A stretch of DNA of 64,000 bases, from assembly GCA_951406725.2 (NCBI GenBank), contig OX597821.1:12772001-12836000 (forward strand). Direction: 5' to 3'. The notes beneath the pieces are model-generated. The model was not told where the DNA came from. It saw only the letters and a program-made list of their open reading frames with translations, and did not search any database. Each line of letters starts with the position of its first letter. Positions within the stretch are counted from its first letter, which is position 1. This document shows, piece after piece, positions 13,070-25,563 of the stretch. Both the position numbers and the translations under genes were made by a program. The stretch is from Octopus vulgaris. Lineage: Eukaryota.

Positions 13070-14187
13070 AAATTATAATCAAATTAGAGATATACGAACA
13101 TGTGCAAGTACGTCTGTGTCTGAAGGAGTGTGTGTGTATGCGTGTGTTTTCCTGCGCTTGACAAGTGGTGAGGATGTGTTCAGTTCATTGTAACCTAACG
13201 GGTCTCCGAAATGGAATGATAAAATACGTACCAAGCTTAAAAAAGAAGTACTAGGCTGGAAGGATTTGACTGAATCATTGTAAACGTGCCCCTGCACGCT
13301 GAAACCAATACTACATTTAAGATAAATAGCGGATATACGTAGAGACACATGCAAATATACATACATACATGCTTACATACATATATGCTGCATACATACA
13401 CACACACACACGTAAAGACAGAGGGACAGACAAAATGTTTGTTCGGGCTAAATTTCGAAGTCTGTATAAAAGTTGAGAAAATCCCAAACTAAGATATTTT
13501 AAAAAGTAAAATATATCAAGTAGATAATGGCCGGGAGTAACAGTGCCTTACATATAATAATCTTTGAGATTATGATGTGCGGGGTGCGGTTCAAATATAT
13601 GCCGCAGACTTTCAATGTGTAGATGCAGTCAGAATATCTGTTGTGTTTCCTACTGCTGGCCACGGTTTTGTAGTCTCCGTTGCAGCTGTCCGTTTGATAT
13701 CATTGAACAGCTGTTATGCGAATAATCATGAGGGATTTTCCGTGTGTTAATTTATCTTTATTTCCGTTGAGGGCTTATACACCCCAATATTAGACTACAT
13801 GTATTAGCCAATACACGGTGATCGCTTATGAGCTTTAAGCTTATAAAATGTTATCATTAACTAGAATAATAACTCGTCACACCTTTCCAAATCATCGTAG
13901 ACTTAAACACACGCACGCATACACACACACACACACACAAAACACACGAACACATACACACAAACTGAAGAAGATTGGGAAATATTGAACAATTATTCTG
14001 GAGTCAGAGGTAATGCTAGTTCAAATGTTCAAAAATGGATATTTCTGTTCACGAAAGGTCAAGTAATTGACTCTCTATACATAAGAATTAAGGAAAACTC
14101 TCATAACACATAGATAAACTTATGAACATATATATGCACACATACTCTCTCACATACATACATAATACGTACACACACACACACACA

Positions 14188-14263
<76 letters not shown>

Positions 14264-14533
14264 TCCTAAGTACTTATGTATATTAATTCAAACCAAGATT
14301 GTAGACACGCAATATCTATTGATATCCTGAAGTGTCATCATTTAACGCAGGAAAATTAAGAACCTTCAGTGAGGCATAAACATAGACACTCATTATTGAA
14401 AGCAATATAATGCATGTTTACATACATACACACACACACATATATATATATATACATACATAATTGTATACATGAAAATTTACGTATGTCTGTAGGTATA
14501 AGTTTAGATTTACACGTCTCTAAACACGTATAC

Positions 14534-14594
<61 letters not shown>

Positions 14595-15197
14595 AAGTGT
14601 GACTGTTTGTGACGATGTATTCCTGTGTGGGTTTATGCATATAAAATTGTATACACTATATTCAATCCTTAATTGCTTTTGAATGCACGGTTCTAAAATT
14701 TCACGAATAAGAATAAGTAAAAGAGATGACTGTCAAAGATGTGCCAAATACCGGATGCATGTTAAAGGTTAACTACATCTTTCAGATAACTTGATTGTTT
14801 TTGATGTATCTATACATTCAGACTTCTTGAAATATATAAAACTGAAAGTTGAACAAAAGACAGATATTTATGTCTATACATTAAAATCCAACTCTCATAC
14901 TATGAATCTGGTTTAAAATCGAAAATACTTTCTCTACTAAAATGTCATGATAAATGACAAAGTTTTCCTAAGAAATGTCAACAATTTAACAATCAAATGT
15001 GACGAAACTGAATCAGCGGGATGCACGACGCTGAGGAGAGTTCACATTTTATAGGTGATAAAAAATTCTGGGATGTTATTGAACATACAAGTTTGCTGCT
15101 TGGATCATGATTACTGCATCCTTGTCACTCTATCCCTCTATTAAGTGTGTGATCATATATAAGTAGACGTACATGTTATATCTTTATATATATGCAC

Positions 15198-15289
<92 letters not shown>

Positions 15290-15412
15290 CTTTCTGTAGA
15301 AGAGCGTAGGCTTGAAACGTAAAAGACCTTTTCTATTCCTGAGCGTTATACTAATATATTTGTTTGTTTTGTACACCACCTGGCTTCGTCTTTTGTTTTC
15401 TTCGTAAACTGT

Positions 15413-15416
<4 letters not shown>
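15290..15416 (+). mobile_element. Short TA-associated repeat with minimal hammerhead-like motif
   Basis: CTTT-CTGTAGA-A-GAGC gtag GCTT-GAAAC-GTA-AAAG; related to 11181 and 58476; flanked by (TG)n and (TA)n. Confidence 0.65.
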
Positions 15417-15452
<36 letters not shown>

Positions 15453-15529
15453 ATAGAAATGGTAAGACAACAAAAGAATGAAAGAGACCTCGATATTATG
15501 TAAATAGAGGAATTTATTTGCAAATGTAA

Positions 15530-15590
15530 TATAACTCCGAGTTTCGGATGCCGAGGTGAAAATCCACGCCGCCATCTCTTCAGTTATCCG
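15530..15590 (-). ncRNA. Degenerate type-I hammerhead ribozyme motif
   Basis: Minus strand: ATAA-CTGAAGA-GATG..GTG..CAC..CATCC-GAAA-CTC G GAG-TTAT; cleavage-site region appears damaged. Confidence 0.5.
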
Positions 15591-16830
15591 GCCATCGGAA
15601 AAATACTATGAAAAATTACCGTTATACAAAGGGAAACTACTGTGTGATTGACCGTTATTTTGACAAAAGAGCTAAGTGAGGGACGGGAGTAATTGTAAGG
15701 GGGTAAAAAAGTTCATAGTATTCGCGTACAACACACACACACACACAGAAAGAGAATGAGAGAGAAATAGATAGATATATATCCGAGTTTGTATGATTGT
15801 GTATTGAATAATATATCAATCAATTAAATTCCAGCCTTGTCTGTTTTCCATGCTTTATCCTTTACAGTTTTTACAATATCTCAATGAGAGAATATTATAT
15901 ATTTACTAGATTACTCCCTGACCCGTTGGATCACAGACAGTTCATTTTAGAAAATATTGAAGCTGATTTCAACATTGTATTTAAATGAAAGTTATTTTTA
16001 TGATTATTGAGTTAAATATTCCAATTCGTTCTCGTCCTCATGGTTCTGGTTTACAAATTTATGTTTAAAGTTTTATTGATTATTTACGACCTCTAATAGA
16101 AATAGAACTTCCGCTATAAATTTGAACTCTAGTAACAACATTTATTTATGTCATACGTACAAACTTCTACAAAAACGCGAAAGGAATTGTTATAAAGCGT
16201 AAACATAAAATAAATGGAAATAATTTTCCCAGTATTATATATTCCCATTTCAGGGTTACGTTACTTTCCGAGTATTTTCAAAATATGCGCTGTTTTTGCT
16301 ATTTAAGAAGGCGACCCCCAAAAGAACTGAGTATCTCAGGAATCTGTAGTCTGATTTACGCGACACTTGCTTTATTCCGTTTATATTCACATTTAACGGT
16401 AACTTACTTTCAGAGCATTCCTCTATTATGTGCCAGGTTGGCTGTAGTAAAGTACAGACAAACCTGCAAGTAAGCACATACATTTAGTAGTATATAGATA
16501 TTTTGTGATGAAAACAATACTTGCATGCGTTACGCAATGATCAGTTTTATGTAGTAGTATTAGTGACAGACGTGTTTCACAACTGACAACTATATGTACA
16601 TACATATATGAGGGATGACCACTAAGTGGACATCCATTATGCTAGAAGTCGACCACCTGGCGTTTACTAACTTTTCTGGAGAACATTCCTATCTTAGTGG
16701 TATGTAATATAATTTTTTCTGAATCATCAGATTTTTCTATATGTTAGACCACTGGTTTAAATTGATGTTAATCAAATTAATATTCAATTTTTCTTTTCAC
16801 CCGTATTATTTTAAATATACATACATAAAA

Positions 16831-17308
<478 letters not shown>

Positions 17309-17408
17309 ATATATAAACTTAGATAAACTTAGATATGTTTCGACCAAAGATTGGTCCAGGCAATGTCTAACTTAATAGCACCAACTGATAGGATTATTCG
17401 AATCCTGT

Positions 17409-20360
17409 TTAAGTCAAGTTTTGTTCAAGTAGTGAGTTCTTGTTGGGTGAGTTGTATCCAATTATGGGTGGCTTATCTGGTATTCTTTGAAGGAATCTAT
17501 CCAGACTCTGTTTAAAGTTGATGGGATCCTTTTCCTCTTTGATCTCCCTCGGGACAATGTTAAATAGGGCAGGGCCTGTTGAGGAAAAGAAATTATGTTG
17601 CAGTGTACATGTATGTTGTGATCTTGAATCAGGCAGGGGACGTATAGCCCGTGGTCCAAGTCATGGATGAACCTTGAAGCTAATGTTTAGGTCGTTTGGG
17701 CAAAGTTGGCGGTATATTTTCCACATCGTACAAATGATGTACCGCTCACGGCAACGCTGGAGGGAGTAAAGTTTCAAGGCTTTAAGGCGATCCCAATAAT
17801 CGAGAGCAGCCATGCTTTCAATTTGTTTAGTGAGTGCCCTCTGGGGTGACTCAATTCTGGAGATGTTTTGTCTTGTGTGAGGAGACCACAGTGGGCAGCA
17901 GTATTCAAGGTGTGGCCGTACAAAGGAGGAAAAAAGTGGTATGATGACACCTTGTTCTCTGGACCGGAAAGTTCTTAAGATCCAGGAACTCATCCTACGA
18001 GCTATATCGACCTTCTTGTTGATGTGTGCACTCCAACTGAGATCGTCATCAACAATTACACCCAGGTCTCTGATATTGTCAGAGGCTGTGAGCGGTTCCC
18101 CTGAAGGAAGAGAGTATGGTTGTTTTAGTGAGGAATTTCTTCCAAAATGCATCAGCTCAAATTTTCCCCTCATTCAGTTGCATTTTGTTTCTGTCTGCCC
18201 ATTGACTCACAGCATATAGATCAGACTGGAGTTGAGTTCGGTCTGCTTCTTCATTGACGATTTGCTGGAGCTTAGTGTCATCAGCAAATATTTTCACTTT
18301 GCAGTAATGTACGACACTGGAAAGGTCGTTTACGTAAATTATGAAGAGTAGCGGACCCAAAACAGTTCCCTGGGGAACACCGCTGGTGACTTTTGCTGGG
18401 TTTGAGTGGATTCCATTAACTACAACATGTTGTGTTCTATTCGCCAGGAAATACTTCATCCAGTGTAGAACTTTTCCACGGATTCCAACGTTTGCCAATT
18501 TTGAGAGTAGGATGTTATGGTCTACCCTGTCGAACGCTTTACTGAAGTCAAGATATATGACGTCAGAGTTCGAACCTGTTCCCAAGGCTTTGAGTACATC
18601 TTCAATGTGGTGTAAGAGCTGTGTTAGACAGTCCCTGCCACAGCGAAAGCCATGCTGATTTGCATTTAGGAGTTTGTGGGTCTCCAGGAAGTCAGCTATC
18701 CTTGATCTTAACACTCTTTCAAACACTTTAATGATGTGGGAGGTGAGTGAGATTGGGCGATAGTTGACTGCGAGGGATCTGTTTCCCTGTTTGAAAACCG
18801 GGATGACCGACTGGGAAAGAAACTGTTTCGGTATATATCCTGCGTCTAACGAATTACTCCAGAGGTTGGTCAGAGGGACTGCAAGTTGGTATCTACATTC
18901 CTTCAGGAGACTAGCGGGAAATCTATCAGGGCCTACAGCAGAGTAATGTTTGACCTCATTTATTGCTGCTACGATGTCGGTGGCAGTGAAGGTTATGTCT
19001 GATATTTTGTGTTGGGAGTCAACTTGGTTCGTTTTCCTTACGTCAATATCAGTGGGAACACTAAAGACAGAGCAGTATTGCTTCTGCAGTATTTCTGCCA
19101 TTTCTTTAGCATCGTGTTGGGGAATGCCGTTATCATCAATCAATGGCCCAATGGGTGAGACAGTGGTTCTATGCTTATTTGCATAAGAATAGAACACTTC
19201 TGGGTTCTGTTTGATGTTTTTGATTACCCATTGTTCCTCCACAGCTCTTTGATTTTCAATGGAGGTTTTCATGTTGGTCTGCAGATGAAGTTTTTCCAGC
19301 TCTAGTCTTTTCATTGTTGTTGAATGTGGATGTTGTGTGTGGGAATATTTTAATTGGTTGATATTTTTGTTGAGTCTTTTGATGCGCCTGATGAGTGTTT
19401 TTTTCTTTTTAGGGAGCCGGTTTCTGTTTGTGTGAGTAGATTTCTTGGGAGTGTGTTTAGAGCATGTATAGGTGACAATGTTTTCAAAGTACTGCCACGC
19501 GGACTCAATATGAGAGGAATTGAGAGTAAAAGACCAGTCGATGGAAGACAGATCCTTTCTGATTGTTCCCCAGTCCGCTTTGTGGAAGTTTATGTTGTCA
19601 AATGGGTGCCATGGAGTGGGATTGGCTGGTTTGGTTTTTATATGTCGGGAATAAAGATTGCAGTGTACCATGTCGTGGTCTGAGAGAAGAGTTTTTTCGA
19701 CTGAAATACTGTGAACGTAGCTAGGGTGATTGGTCAATACCAGATCCAAGATCGTTTTATTCTGTCTCGTTGGTTCAAGCACTAGCTGAGTCAGGAAATA
19801 CTCATCCATCAGATTAAAGAGCAGTTCTGCTGCTGCTCTATCTGATGTAGAGCACTTGCCTAACTTCAGAGTATTTGTGGGCCAGTTCACATGAGGGAGG
19901 TTAAAATCACCCATCACTAGTATGTTTCCGGAGTGGTACTTCCGAAGGAAGGACTTTAGAGGTGCCTGGGGAGGCCTGTAAAGACCAACAATGGTTATGT
20001 CCTTGGCTTTGTTGTATAGTGATACCGATTCACAGTAGCCATTGGAAAATATGTCCTTGGCATCAAGTGAAAAGGAGTCATGGATAAAGATGGCTGTCCC
20101 TCCCTTATTTCGGTCTGACCGATCCGCACGAACAATGGTGAAATATTTTATTTTCACCTCTGCGTCCATATGGGTGTTGTTCAGGTGAGTCTCGGTAAGG
20201 ATAAAGAAAGGAAGCAATGTGCCATTTCGGCAAGCCAACTCTCTATATATGGGATCTTCCATTTTTGGGCAATAATTGATGGGTTGATGCAACGTACATT
20301 TAACAGGAATGTCGAGGTAAGGGAAGTTGGTAATGGGTGAGTGGTCCTTGTGATTTGCAT
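17409..20360 (-). pseudogene. LINE ORF2: APE endonuclease + reverse transcriptase, frameshifted
   Basis: APE motifs LTETHL, GGTAIF, YRPP, MGDFN, LDLVLT, SDH; RT motifs NYRPISLTS, QHGFR, YLDFSKAFDRV, GVPQGTVLGPLLF, IFADDTKL; CR1-type tail RPHLEYCCPLWSP. Frameshifts near 20230 and 18170, TGA at 17661-17663; conserved N-terminus LNVRCINP lies in another frame with ATG at 20360. Confidence 0.93.
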
Positions 20361-21557
20361 AGATGGTTGGTGATAGCTCGCTGGATCTCCTGGCTTAGGT
20401 CGGCCTTCATATTTTCTAGGTATGTCAGTAAAAAAGAGTTACTTGTTTGGTTTGCCACTTGGTCAGAGGATACATATTTCATGTTGGCGTTATTTGGTGT
20501 TTTTTCATGGTTCTGTCTACGTTGTTTGATTGTAGGAGGGGAAACGTGGTTGTATTTTGTTCTTGTTGTTGTCCTAAATTTCCTCTGTTCCTGTTTATAT
20601 TTATTCTGTGATCGTTTTGTGCCCTTCAGATGGTGGTGGTTGCATCCTGGGTTCAGGCACATCCTTTGTAAGACAGACGTTTGGCACAGTTTAGGATGGA
20701 ATAAGGTGCAGCCATTGCCTTTTATGCATCCGTATTTAGTATCAGAACCATGGATTCTGTATTTAGGACAGTATTTGGGGTGGAGGTGGGGGCAATTTTT
20801 TCCTTTTATACCGTATGGACAGGTGCCCATAACAAGTCTACGACATAAGGTCTGATGGGAAAAAGCACAGCGTCCATTGTTGTTTGTGCCGCTGGGGCCA
20901 AATCTACAATTGCCTTTAGAATAGTAACGGCAGGGGTTTTTATTTGGTTGTAGTAGTGGTTTTTCTATTCTGGCAGTAGCAGCAGTAGTGTTAGAAGCAG
21001 TTTGTTGGTTTTGTGATGGTGGGTTCTGGCTTGCCAGGATGTGGCCAAATCTGCAGCTGCCTTGAGAGTAGTAATGGCAGATAGTTTTACGTGGATGTAG
21101 TAGTGATTTTCCTATTGTGGCAGTAGTAGTAGTAGTGGAGAGTTGTTTTTATTGTAGCAGCATTGGAACTTGACTAGTGGTAGTATTAGAGTGTTGTTGT
21201 TGTTTTTGTTGCTGTAGCGAAGGTGAAACTTGACTTGGTTCATCAGGTGCTGTTGTCAATGGAAGTAGGTCAGTTGATTGTTGCTGTTGAAGTGACCCCT
21301 GACCTGTTGGAATTTGGTCATTTGTTGTACTGGATTCGTTGGCAAGAATGGTTCTCAGTGTAGCCATGTGCGCGTGAAAAATAGGGAATATCCTAACAAT
21401 TTCTTTTATTTTACTTTCTATCTGTTTTACAGATCTGTGAAAGGATTTTTTCGTTACATCCTCTGTTATTAGCTTCGTTGTGATGGATGAACCAAGCGTT
21501 AATCATTGCAGTAATTTCATTTTCAACCCAGCGGCGTTTTTGAAAATTATTGGCCAT
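20300..21557 (-). pseudogene. LINE ORF1 with tandem CCCH zinc fingers
   Basis: Track ORFs 21149-21367 and 20300-20830 share a frame, separated only by TAA at 21149-21151; read-through gives four CCCH fingers plus one partial finger. N-terminal ATG at 21557 is in a shifted frame. Confidence 0.8.
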
Positions 21558-21671
21558 ATTCAGTGGGGTAGTGTTGTGTAATATATATATGTATGTATGT
21601 GTATGCGTGTATATGTATATGTACACCAGTTATTGATGGCTTGATGTAAAGTAGTGAATACACCGTTATAC

Positions 21672-21743
<72 letters not shown>

Positions 21744-22226
21744 TAAAAATACCTATATAAAGCCTACATATCCTCATGTACTACATTCATCCAGAACGTA
21801 CAAAATTTCTCAGAATCTGATTTGTATATGCTTTTCACTATAGGATTTTGTCTTCAGAGTTCAAGATACCATTGGGAAATGTGTGTTAACAGTGCTCCTG
21901 TTTTAGCGATGTAGCGGATTCTAATTTATTGTAGTTTTCGCAGGGCTACACCATTCACAAATGACGTATAAAACTCTGAAGCCAGACAATAATAACGGTC
22001 CCTCTATAAACAATTAAATAAAACATATGGTGAATCTTGTGAAGTCCTGCAATGCTATTATCAAATGACTTCAAGGGGTAAAACAGACAAAATCACTAAA
22101 AGGACTCCAGTATACATTTCGAACATTCTCTTCCTTCTTAGTTTTCGAAGACGAAACAGAAGAGCAAAATTCGAATTTTTCTTCGTATATTCGCGATTTT
22201 TCAGGGTCGTTATGTATGTATTTATA

Positions 22227-22278
<52 letters not shown>

Positions 22279-22282
22279 CACA

Positions 22283-22318
<36 letters not shown>

Positions 22319-22568
22319 CACATATACATATATATACATATATATGTATACATATACATATATATATATATATATACATATATATATACATATATATGTA
22401 TACATATATATATATATACATACATATATATATATATATTTACATATACATACACACACGTATATATATATATACATGCATATATACACATATACACACG
22501 CATATATATTTATTATTTATATACATACATACATTCATGTATACATATATATATATATATATACATTC

Positions 22569-22700
<132 letters not shown>

Positions 22701-22936
22701 TCTCAATTTGTTGATAGGAAATATTTTGAATATCGTAATAAACTCCTATTCCATTACGCCAACCACAGCCTGATTATGCAGGCTGGTGAACCAGTCGTTT
22801 TGGGTTGCATCGGGCTTTACCGATGTAATGTGGGATAAATATAGTAATCATTACAATAATCCTTATACATGGAACTTATTAAAAATTTAATGCATAAAAT
22901 ATTTATACATTCCATCCAAATATTATAGTTATTATT

Positions 22937-22976
<40 letters not shown>

Positions 22977-23445
22977 AATATATGTATTTATATATATTGT
23001 TAAAACAAGAAAAATGAATGAACATGCTTTGATGCAAAACAATTATGTCTATGCAGTGGTAACAGATGCTAGTTGCTGCAGTAATCATATCATAGTATAA
23101 CATACATTGTTTTATAAATAATTACGTAAATAAATATCATCTAGCAGGAACTGTACACTGGCATGTCCTCATGTGATTTGCTTTGATACCACGTTATGAC
23201 GTCATTAGACAGGTAATATTGAATACATAGTCATGCATCCACGCACACACCCATACATACGCGCATGCGCACATGCACAAACACACATATATAAAGGAGA
23301 TATTATCGTTTATAATACCAGTCGCTTAGTATGCTTAATAAAACCACAACGGTAAAAAATTATCAATTAATAATAAAGGGTACTAACAAACAGTACCGTC
23401 ATGCTAATTATAGCAGTAAACATGACCGAACCACCTATTTTCTCT

Positions 23446-23878
23446 CAAACACAAAGGGGAAAGCGGGCAACTGAATAAAATTCCAAAACTCCGGACCAGT
23501 GACGAAGATTAAAGAAACCAGACAAACCCGTACAAACGTGATTTCGAACTTTGAGAAACACTCTTATTTCATCTTTAGCGACTCCAGAGCTATAGACTTT
23601 ATTCATCTCACCAATTTGTACGCTTATTGTTTTTAATGCCAAGGCGAATTTTAGAATGCTGCTGCATTAAAAACGTTGAGGGTATCCATTGGTGAAATGA
23701 ATAATCGCTGTAACCCTAGGGTCAGTAAGACTCGCTGAAGACGAAGTAAGAGGTTTTCTCAAAGTTCGAAATCACAGTGACAGGGGTATGTCTGGCTTTT
23801 TCAATTTTCGATCATTTTGGCCAGTGTTTCGGGATTTTAGGATTTTTATTCATTTGGCTGCTTTTACCTTTGAGTTTA
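23446..23878. repeat. Diverged inverted repeat (~140-bp arms) with hammerhead-like motif
   Basis: GTGATTTCGAACTTTGAGAAA..CTCTTA at 23538 is the reverse complement of 23745-23775; right arm has CTGAAGA...GAAA-TCAC A GTGA. Confidence 0.75.
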
Positions 23879-23949
23879 AGTGAAAATTTGTGATTTGGTC
23901 ATTTTGACTGCTATATTTAGCATGCCGGTACTGCTTGTCAGTAACCTAA

Positions 23950-23988
<39 letters not shown>

Positions 23989-24021
23989 ATAATATATATA
24001 TATTTATATATATATATATAT

Positions 24022-24061
<40 letters not shown>

Positions 24062-24063
<2 letters not shown>

Positions 24064-24450
24064 TTTACTTGTTTCAGTCATTTGACTGCGGCCATGCTGG
24101 AGCACCGCCTTAAATCGAGCAACTCGACCCCGGGACTTATTCTTTTGTAAGCCCAGTACTTATTCTATCGGTCTCTTTTCCCGAACCGCTAAGTAACGGG
24201 GACATAAACACACCAGCATCGGTTGTCAAGCTAGGGAGACAAACACACTCACACAAACACGCACACGCATATATATATATACATATATACGACGGGCTTC
24301 TTTCAGTTTCCGTCTACCAAATCCACTCACAAGGCTTTGGTCGGCCCGAGGCTATAGTAGAAGACACTTGCCCAAGGTGCTACGCAGTGGGACTGAACCC
24401 GGAACCATGTGGCTGGTAAACAAGCTACTTACCACACAGCCACTCCTGCG

Positions 24451-24453
<3 letters not shown>
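24062..24453 (-). mobile_element. tRNA-derived SINE family A, full length, in (TA)n
   Basis: Reverse complement of the 5285-5706 copy. Confidence 0.92.
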
Positions 24454-24511
<58 letters not shown>

Positions 24512-24810
24512 CCATCATTTTATCTTTTCATTTATTAATCATACATCTGCGCATTCGATTGTTTCATGTTTTCGGCCCCACATGTAATGTTCCCACATAT
24601 AATGTTCTGTATCGTCCCCACTTTGTTGGTCGCTTGCGGACAAAAAAAGAATAAGTACGTAGCAGGCGGTCAGACATAGTAGTGCCTTTACTGGTTTTAC
24701 TAAATATACAATATACCGAAGTGAGCGTTATAATAATCCAACATTTTAAGGATTCCTAAAATGTATATTCGTGCATTTACGCACACGTGCACCTTTGTTT
24801 ATGTTTACGT

Positions 24811-24873
<63 letters not shown>

Positions 24874-24896
24874 GAGAGAGAGAGAGAGATAGAAGT

Positions 24897-24970
<74 letters not shown>

Positions 24971-25526
24971 TATGTATGTGTGTGTATGTCTATGTGTGTG
25001 TGTGTATATTATGTACTATACACACACAAACACTCAGATCACACACATACACACGCACACATATAAATTGACAGCAACAATCTGAAAATACTTCTCTGAG
25101 TTTGTGAAATCTGATGCAGTTCATATTTTCAAAACCAGGGTATATTAGACTCGTGTTATTTAAACTGGACTCTATCATCATAAATGGAATATTGGCAATA
25201 ACGCCCGGCGCAAGATGTAGAAGAACATATAGCGAAATATATATCTCCGATTACCTTCCTATACAATGGCCATAAATATATTTTAACTTTCTTCCTGTAT
25301 TAAACGTTTACTTCTTAATTATTGCTAATACTTCAAATGAATGGTTATATAGTTCTTATAAATATGCATGTATATGCTTAAGTGTACGTATGAGGATATT
25401 TTCCCGATCGTGAACAGACAGCGCCAGTTTAGACATGAACGCAAACACACAAACGCTATTTATACGTAAAATCACGGTCACATCCATGCCTGCATACATA
25501 TCTTAATAAAGGCACAAATTCATACT

Positions 25527-25563
<37 letters not shown>

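Larger units (their letters stand above)
17313..21600 (-). mobile_element. Near full-length CR1-group LINE (ORF1 + APE/RT ORF2), decayed
   Basis: ORF1 and ORF2 as listed below; 3' stem-loop GACCAA-TCT-TTGGTC and tandem tail (ATCTAAGTTT)2 at 17315-17334; 5' boundary approximate, next to (TA)n. Confidence 0.93.

Noticed and set aside
17335-17362. Hammerhead at the LINE 3' end (GACCAA/TTGGTC-GAAAC)
   Set aside because: No CTGANGA core; better explained as the usual CR1/L2 3' stem-loop.
18341-20855. Plus-strand ORFs over the LINE
   Set aside because: Antisense shadows of ORF1 and ORF2 with no independent motifs.
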